Assembly: GCA_034434995.1 (NCBI GenBank)
Contig: DAOTYF010000017.1
Location: 20,060-84,059 of the forward strand
From: Anaerolineae bacterium
GTDB taxonomy: Bacteria; Chloroflexota; Anaerolineae; Aggregatilineales; UBA3940
Reading direction: 5' to 3'
DNA: 64,000 bases
Positions 57,925-64,000 of the stretch are shown here, piece after piece. A program made the translations under genes and the position numbers. The notes below the pieces were generated by a model that worked only from the letters and a program-made list of their open reading frames with translations, had not been told where the DNA came from and did not search any database. Within the stretch, counting starts at the first letter, position 1, and each line of letters starts with the position of its first letter.

Positions 57925-58138
57925 GTTTGGCGGAAAGCGCTTCTGCCAAACCACCGGTTTCCTGGCAAGTCTTTTGACCAAGACTTTCCTTATAAGGAAG
58001 CACCTAGCCTGCGAGCAGCACTCGCGCTTTGCCCGTCATCTTAGATGAGAGGGCGGCTTGGGCCTGTAACAAGGTCACAGGAAGGGATTCTTCGCTCTGA
58101 GCCTTGATCTTCAGCCCCCACCGAGCGTTGCTCTAACG
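57925..58138 (+). ncRNA. Candidate structured RNA: array of about 10 consecutive hairpins
   Basis: Back-to-back stems identified by eye (see findings). No family recognised. Confidence 0.35.
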
Positions 58139-58204
58139 GAAATCTGATAGACCTGCGTTACAATCCAAGTGCTCAAACCAGCAAGGCAAGGTGGAACAGC
58201 AACC

Positions 58205-58768
58205 GTGAACAACGACAACGAGCGGGACGAACTGAAGCAAGAAGCCGCACCTGGCGGAACCGATGCGGAGGCCGCTGCCTCTGCGCCAGAGGAAGTGGCT
58301 GTTGCGCCGGAGGAACAGGCAACCGAAGAGGCCGACCCAGCCGCTCTGGCAGCGCAATACTTGGAGGGCTGGCAACGCGAGCGCGCTGAGCTGGCCAATT
58401 TCAAGAAGCGTATGGAGCGCGAACGGGAGCAGTGGCAGGCAGCCATCCTAGGCGATTTGCTGCTGGGTCTGCTGCCGATTCTGGATGATTTCGATCTGGC
58501 CCTGGCAAGCGTACCGGATGACGCGGAACATCAGGAGTGGTTGAATGGCATCATCCTGATCCAACGCAAGCTCAGGGCGCACCTGGAGAAGCTGGGCCTG
58601 GAGGAGATCGAGGCAGTCGGCCAGCCATTCGACCCGGTGCTGCACGAAGCCATGACCCATGAGGCCAGCGATGATCACCAGCCGGATTGCGTAATCGGGA
58701 TCGTCCGCAAAGGCTATCGGCTTGCCGATCGGGTGCTGCGCCCGGCGCTCGTCCGCGTATCAAGCTGA
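58205..58768 (+). CDS. grpE: Nucleotide exchange factor GrpE (alternative start 58169)
   Basis: RERAELANFKKR, LLPILDDF, FDPVLHEA, GYRLADRVLRPALV. Confidence 0.96.
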   Translation: MNNDNERDELKQEAAPGGTDAEAAASAPEEVAVAPEEQATEEADPAALAAQYLEGWQRERAELANFKKRMEREREQWQAAILGDLLLGLLPILDDFDLALASVPDDAEHQEWLNGIILIQRKLRAHLEKLGLEEIEAVGQPFDPVLHEAMTHEASDDHQPDCVIGIVRKGYRLADRVLRPALVRVSS

Positions 58769-58855
58769 TACGATGTAGGAGCGAGGCCGTGCCTGGCGCG
58801 GATCGCACATTGAACTCATCCCACTCTGTAGTGAGAAAGGAAGTAGAAGACAACT

Positions 58856-60727
58856 ATGGGCAAGATTATTGGAATCGACCTGGGAACTACCAACTCCGTC
58901 GCGGCAGTGATGGAGGGCGGCGAGCCGACCATCATCCCTTCTGCTGAGGGCGGGCGGTTGTTCCCTTCGGTTGTGGCAATGGATAAGAACGGCCAACTGC
59001 TCGTCGGGCAGGTGGCCCGACGGCAGGCGGTCGTTAACAGCGAGAATACCATCTTCTCAGTCAAGCGCTTCATGGGCCGCAAATTCGACGACGCGGAAGT
59101 GCAGCGGGCTATCGGCCACTTCCCATACCGGGTCACCAAAGCGGCCAACGGTGACGTGCGAGTGGTGATGGGGGGCAAAGAATATGCCCCGCCGGACATC
59201 TCGGCACGCATTCTCCAGAAGATCAAGGCCGACGCCGAGGCGTATCTCGGCGGTCCGGTCACCCAGGCGGTGATCACCGTGCCCGCTTACTTCAACGATA
59301 GCCAGCGCCAGGCTACCAAGGACGCAGGCAAGATCGCGGGCCTGGAGGTGCTGCGCATCATCAACGAGCCAACCGCCTCCGCGCTGGCCTACGGGCTGGA
59401 TAAAAAGAAGGATCAGACCATCGCGGTTTATGACCTCGGTGGCGGCACCTACGACATCAGTATCCTGGAAGTGGGCGACGGTGTCTTCGAGGTCAAGTCC
59501 ACCAACGGCGACACCTTCCTGGGCGGCGATGATTTCGACCAGCGCATCATTGACTGGATCGCTGATGAGTACCTGCGCGAGCAAGGCATTGACCTTCGCA
59601 AGGACAAAGCCGCGCTCCAGCGCCTCAAGGAAGCTGCTGAGAACGCCAAGAAGGAGCTTTCTACCAAGCAGGAGACGGAGATCAACCTGCCCTACATCAC
59701 CGCCGACGCCAGCGGCCCGAAGCACCTGGTGATGACCCTCACCCGCGCCAAGCTGGAACAGCTTACCGAGGACCTGATCGAGCGAACCATCGAGCCGATG
59801 CGCAAGGCACTGGCGGATGCCGGCCTCACCGTCAACGATATTGATGAAGTGGTGCTGGTCGGTGGCATGACCCGCATGCCTGCCGTCCAGAAGGCTGTCC
59901 GCGAGTTCTTCGGCAGAGAACCGCACAAGGGCGTCAATCCCGACGAGGTGGTAGCGCTGGGTGCGGCCATCCAGGCGGGCGTGCTGGGCGGGGAGGTCAA
60001 GGACATTCTGCTGCTCGATGTGACGCCGCTGACCCTGAGCGTCGAAACGCTGGGCGGCGTCGCCACCCCGTTGATCGAACGCAACACCACTATTCCCGTC
60101 AGCAAGAGCCAGATCTTCAGCACAGCGGCGGACGGGCAGACCCAGGTGGAGATTCACGTGCTGCAGGGCGAACGCCCGATGGCGGCAGATAACAAGAGTC
60201 TGGGCCGCTTCATCCTGGATGGCATCCCGCCCGCGCCGCGCGGCGTGCCCCAGATCGAGGTCGCCTTCGACATCGACGCGAACGGCATCCTGAACGTGAA
60301 GGCCACCGACAAGGCCACCGGACGCGCGCAGCACATCACTATCCACCCCTCCAGCGGCCTGACTGACCAGGAGATCGAGCGGATGATCAAGGAGGCGCGG
60401 GAGCACGCCGCTGAAGATGCCCGCCGCCGCGAGCAGCAGGAGGCACGCAACCTGGCTGATTCAGCCATCTATAACGCAGAGAAATCCCTGCGCGATTTCG
60501 GCGACCGGGTTCCTGAAGACCGCCGCCAGCGCATCCAGACACTGATCGATGAGGCCCGCGAGGCGATGAACTCCGGCGACCTGGAGCGGATGCGCGCCAA
60601 GTCCGACGAGCTGGTGCGTGAGACCATGAGCATCGGCGAGGCGATGTATCAACAGCAGGGCAGCGATAGCGGAACGGCGGCCCAGCCCAGTGGCGACGAT
60701 GTCGTGGAGGGTGAAGTGGTGGATTAG
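58856..60727 (+). CDS. dnaK: Chaperone DnaK
   Basis: [30 protein letters not shown]. Confidence 0.99.
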   Translation: MGKIIGIDLGTTNSVAAVMEGGEPTIIPSAEGGRLFPSVVAMDKNGQLLVGQVARRQAVVNSENTIFSVKRFMGRKFDDAEVQRAIGHFPYRVTKAANGDVRVVMGGKEYAPPDISARILQKIKADAEAYLGGPVTQAVITVPAYFNDSQRQATKDAGKIAGLEVLRIINEPTASALAYGLDKKKDQTIAVYDLGGGTYDISILEVGDGVFEVKSTNGDTFLGGDDFDQRIIDWIADEYLREQGIDLRKDKAALQRLKEAAENAKKELSTKQETEINLPYITADASGPKHLVMTLTRAKLEQLTEDLIERTIEPMRKALADAGLTVNDIDEVVLVGGMTRMPAVQKAVREFFGREPHKGVNPDEVVALGAAIQAGVLGGEVKDILLLDVTPLTLSVETLGGVATPLIERNTTIPVSKSQIFSTAADGQTQVEIHVLQGERPMAADNKSLGRFILDGIPPAPRGVPQIEVAFDIDANGILNVKATDKATGRAQHITIHPSSGLTDQEIERMIKEAREHAAEDARRREQQEARNLADSAIYNAEKSLRDFGDRVPEDRRQRIQTLIDEAREAMNSGDLERMRAKSDELVRETMSIGEAMYQQQGSDSGTAAQPSGDDVVEGEVVD

Positions 60728-60966
60728 TGGTTAGCTATAAGCCCTTCCGCTAACCACTTAACCAGACGTGCTATGTTCCTTCCAAGGCAGGGTCATTTCG
60801 CCCTGACCGGACATGCACAGTACAATCAGCGCAACGACCGTTTCTCATCTGTCAGCGTGTAATGGTGGTTGCAGAGCAAGGCGGGTCTGCCTGATAGGCC
60901 AGATGAGGTCAGTTTGGGGTAATCCCCAGAACATTCGGTAGACCTGCCTTGCTGTTAGAAATGACC
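60726..60966 (+). ncRNA. Candidate structured cis-regulatory RNA between dnaK and dnaJ
   Basis: 10-bp, 9-bp and 17-bp stems, plus a long-range 9-bp pairing next to the dnaJ start. Confidence 0.4.
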
Positions 60967-60973
60967 GGGTTAT

Positions 60974-62131
60974 ATGCCAACCAAGCGCGACTACTACGAG
61001 ATACTGGGCATCAGCCGGAGCGCCTCGCAGGATGACATCAAGAAGGCATACCGCAGGCGCGCGCGTGAGACACATCCCGACGTGAACCCCGATCCCAACG
61101 CGGAGCAGTCGATCAAGGAGGTCAATGAGGCATACGAGGTGCTCAGCGACCCCCGCAAACGCGCTGCCTACGACCGCTTCGGGCACGCCGGGGTCAGCGG
61201 CAACGGTTACCCTGGCGACCCATTCAGCGGCTTCGGCGATGTGGCGGATATCTTCGACGAGTTCTTCGGCGGAGCGTTCCGCGCCAGCCGCGCCCGCCAG
61301 GCCATGCCCCGGCGCGGCCAGGACTTGCAGTACCGGTTGGCGGTCGAGTTTGAAGAAGCCATCTTTGGCACGGAGAAGGAGATTGAGTTCGAGCGCACCG
61401 AGGTCTGCCCGTCCTGCCGAGGGTCGCGTGCCGAACCGGGCACCACGCCCGTTCGCTGCGGGATGTGCGGCGGCACAGGAGAAGTCCGTAATGTGCGCCA
61501 GACCTTCCTCGGCCAGATGGTCAACATCACCCCCTGCCCCCAGTGCGAAGGCCGCGGCGAGGTGGTCACCACGCCCTGCCGCGAATGCCGGGGGCAGGGC
61601 ACGGTACGCCGGGCACGCCGTCTGACGGTCAGCATCCCCGCCGGCGTGGATCAGGGGACCCAGATTCGCATCACCGGCGAAGGAGAGCCAGGTCAGCGGG
61701 GCGGCCCACCCGGCAACCTGTTCATCGTGATCTCAGTCCGCCCCCATGCCTACTTCCGCCGCCGTGGCGACGATCTGCTGATCAAGCTACGGATCAACGT
61801 CGCCCAGGCCGCGCTCGGCCACACCCTGACTGTGCCCGTGTTGACGCCGAATGGCGAGGTTGAGGAGGAGCTCCAAATACCGCCCGGGACGCAGTCTGGT
61901 GAGGTGTTCGTGCTCAAGAAGAAGGGTGTGCCCAAACTGCGCCGCGATGGCTCCCACACCGGCTACGGCGATATGCACGTGATGGTGGAGGTGGCCATCC
62001 CCACCCGGATCACCCAGCAGCAGCGTGCCCTGTTCCAGCAACTCGCTGCCACCCTGGGGGAGGCAGTCATCCCCCCTGCTCAGGAAAAGGGTTTCTTCGA
62101 GCGAGTCCTCGACTGGCTGGGCGGCGAATAA
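60974..62131 (+). CDS. dnaJ: Chaperone DnaJ
   Basis: J domain with HPD, G/F region, four CxxCxGxG repeats. Confidence 0.98.
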   Translation: MPTKRDYYEILGISRSASQDDIKKAYRRRARETHPDVNPDPNAEQSIKEVNEAYEVLSDPRKRAAYDRFGHAGVSGNGYPGDPFSGFGDVADIFDEFFGGAFRASRARQAMPRRGQDLQYRLAVEFEEAIFGTEKEIEFERTEVCPSCRGSRAEPGTTPVRCGMCGGTGEVRNVRQTFLGQMVNITPCPQCEGRGEVVTTPCRECRGQGTVRRARRLTVSIPAGVDQGTQIRITGEGEPGQRGGPPGNLFIVISVRPHAYFRRRGDDLLIKLRINVAQAALGHTLTVPVLTPNGEVEEELQIPPGTQSGEVFVLKKKGVPKLRRDGSHTGYGDMHVMVEVAIPTRITQQQRALFQQLAATLGEAVIPPAQEKGFFERVLDWLGGE

Positions 62132-62244
62132 GATCGCCAGGTCAGGCCGGTTGGCCCTGTGGGGAAGACCATCCCCCTCCCTCAAGGGGAGGATAAATTG
62201 CCCATTCCCTCTCCACTGAAGGGGAATCACCAGGGAGGGGTCAG

Positions 62245-64000
62245 TTGCCCAGCCGTGCCCGCAGCAGCCTGATCACACTTCTTGCGCTGTACCTAACCTT
62301 CCTCGGCGGGACATCCTTCACCAACGTGCTGTTATGGCCGCGCGTGGCGCATCATGCCATCCTGGCCCTGCTGCTCGGCGGCTGGCTGCTCAGCCTGATC
62401 GTCCGGCGCAGGCCCTTCCCGGCCACCCCCCTCGATCTGCCTATCCTGATCTATCTCGCGGTCTACCTGCTATCCGCGCTGCTGGCTGTTGATCCTCGCA
62501 TCAGCCTGGAGCAGTTCTGGCTGATGGGGACGCACGCGCTGCTGTTCTACCTGCTGGTGGACACGATGCGCGCCTATGGTCCAGTATCCGTGCTCAAGCC
62601 GCTGATGTTCACGCTGGCGGTGTTTGTGCTGGTAGGCCTGAGCCGGTTTGTGCAATGGTACTTTGGCCTCCCGCCCTTCGCGCTGGGCTGGGCGGAGATC
62701 GGCGGCCTGCAACAGCCCATCCCGCCGGTGATCCTGCGGGAGCCTATCGGCCCACACAGCATCACCGGCGCCTCGGCGCTGCTGGCGATGTGGGTCCCGG
62801 TGGGATTGGCCTGGGCAGCCACGACCCCCCACCCCGAAACGCGCCGGATGTGGCTGATGTGGCTGGCCGGTGTGTTCGCCATGACTCTGCTGACCTTCTC
62901 ACGGGGCGGCATCCTGTCGCTGGCGGTCTCCCTGCCCGCTCTGGCCTTTCTGGCCCTGGCGGGGGTTTCGCGCTGGGGAGGGCGCATCCAGGCATGGCTT
63001 TCCCATTGGCGTAACCGTGCCACATTGATCGCGTTGGCCTTGCTGGCCGCCACCGCCATCGCGTTGGGGGTGGTCCGGCTGGGAAACCTCCGGGCAAGTC
63101 TCACCGGAACCCCGTCCGAGCCGGGTGACGCTGTGCGGCTCGATCTTTGGCGCAGCGCAGTGGAGATTGGTCTTCAGCATCCCCTGCTCGGCGCGGGCAT
63201 CTACAGCTTTGGCCGTGAGATGCGCACCCTGCGCGACCCCCTGCGCACCGGCGAATACCTCAACGTGCCGCACAGCTATCCTCTATTGGTGTGGGCCGAA
63301 GCGGGCCTGCTGGGCGTGCTGGCGATGCTGTTCCTGACAGGACGCGCGGCCTGGATGGGCTTCCAGCGCTGGCGGGCAGCATCTGGCCCGGAACGCCTGC
63401 GCGTCTCCGGGATGTGCGCCGGGTTGTTGGGCTTTGCGGCGCACAACTTCGTCGATCACCTCGTGATCACACCTTACCTGCTGTCCGCCTTTGCGTTGGC
63501 AGGCTATCTTGCCCCACCGGAGGAGACAAGCCAGGCATCACAACCCATCCACCGGGCGCTGCCTGGGGCGCTACTGGCGGCGCTGACCGTCAGCCTGATC
63601 CCCCAGGTTCTATCTCATCAAGCGTATTTCTTTGCGACGCAGGCCAACGCTGCCGAGGCAGCCGATGACCTGGACACGGCGCTGGGGTCGATCGCGGTTG
63701 CCCGGCAGATCGACCCGGCGCTGGGCCTGTATAGCGCGCAGCACGCCCGCTACCTGGGCGCGCTCGCGCTGGAGGGACAGGCCCCGCTGGAGGCGGCCAT
63801 CGCGGCCTATCAGGAGGCATATCGCAGCGATGACACCTTTGACGTGATGCACGCCAGCGAGGCGGTCTTACTCCAGCACGCAGGCCGCTCATCGGAGGCG
63901 CTAACCGCCATGCAGCGCGCGCTGGCGCTGTTCCCGGCAGATCATCGTTACGCACTCTGGGCAGGTCAGTATGCTGAGCTGGCGGGCGAATCTGGGCAGG
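62245..64000 (+). CDS. O-antigen ligase/Wzy-like membrane protein with C-terminal TPRs (runs off window)
   Basis: TTG start after GGGAGG. Translated by hand: TFSRGG, HPLLGAG, PHSYPLLVWAEAGLLG, then TPR-like helices. Missing from the ORF track because there is no stop in the window. Confidence 0.85.
   Translation, partial: MPSRARSSLITLLALYLTFLGGTSFTNVLLWPRVAHHAILALLLGGWLLSLIVRRRPFPATPLDLPILIYLAVYLLSALLAVDPRISLEQFWLMGTHALLFYLLVDTMRAYGPVSVLKPLMFTLAVFVLVGLSRFVQWYFGLPPFALGWAEIGGLQQPIPPVILREPIGPHSITGASALLAMWVPVGLAWAATTPHPETRRMWLMWLAGVFAMTLLTFSRGGILSLAVSLPALAFLALAGVSRWGGRIQAWLSHWRNRATLIALALLAATAIALGVVRLGNLRASLTGTPSEPGDAVRLDLWRSAVEIGLQHPLLGAGIYSFGREMRTLRDPLRTGEYLNVPHSYPLLVWAEAGLLGVLAMLFLTGRAAWMGFQRWRAASGPERLRVSGMCAGLLGFAAHNFVDHLVITPYLLSAFALAGYLAPPEETSQASQPIHRALPGALLAALTVSLIPQVLSHQAYFFATQANAAEAADDLDTALGSIAVARQIDPALGLYSAQHARYLGALALEGQAPLEAAIAAYQEAYRSDDTFDVMHASEAVLLQHAGRSSEALTAMQRALALFPADHRYALWAGQYAELAGESGQ

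Noticed and set aside
58017-58023. AGCACTC half-CIRCE in the hrcA-grpE spacer
   Set aside because: No matching GAGTGCT arm at 9-bp spacing. It is part of a local hairpin.
1-64000. CRISPR arrays, IS/transposases, integrases, prophage, rRNA/tRNA
   Set aside because: None recognised by eye. No regularly spaced direct repeats or mobile-element protein motifs were found.

Overview
A GC-rich, gene-dense chromosomal segment. The gene content (lipoprotein-rich, pentapeptide and TPR hypotheticals, four-domain S1, long RmlA, hrcA with CIRCE) suggests a Chloroflexota bacterium, probably Anaerolineae; this is inference. It holds about 65 CDS. Main blocks: (1) the tail of a multiheme cytochrome c, a stand-alone PD-(D/E)XK nuclease-like gene and an orphan family-5 solute-binding lipoprotein; (2) a dispersed dTDP-rhamnose/exopolysaccharide region (rmlB, rmlA, rmlD, three glycosyltransferases, two Wzz/CpsC-like proteins, a CpsD kinase) interleaved with a PucC/BCD-family MFS operon, an atypical arginase, a creatininase and rnhB; (3) a minus-strand run of hypothetical membrane proteins, sirtuin, FHA, ggt, CAAX protease and UDG; (4) tal, nfo, an alpha/beta-hydrolase-acyl-CoA-ligase fusion, rpsA and a large PDZ-multiTM-4xGAF histidine kinase; (5) an mtaB-DUF355-HIT-CBS/ACT run followed by yqeY-pgpH-ybeY-dgkA; (6) a sugar ABC ATPase and hrcA-grpE-dnaK-dnaJ with a perfect CIRCE, then a partial O-antigen-ligase/TPR gene. 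I saw no rRNA, tRNA, CRISPR array, transposase or prophage. The main features not explained by the gene calls are several highly structured intergenic RNAs: a ten-hairpin array between hrcA and grpE, a multi-stem element in front of dnaJ, and riboswitch-like leaders of the creatininase and phosphoribosyltransferase genes. Also notable are the PucC-like operon with no photosynthesis genes nearby and the hydrolase-ligase fusion. All structures were folded by eye and none is confirmed.
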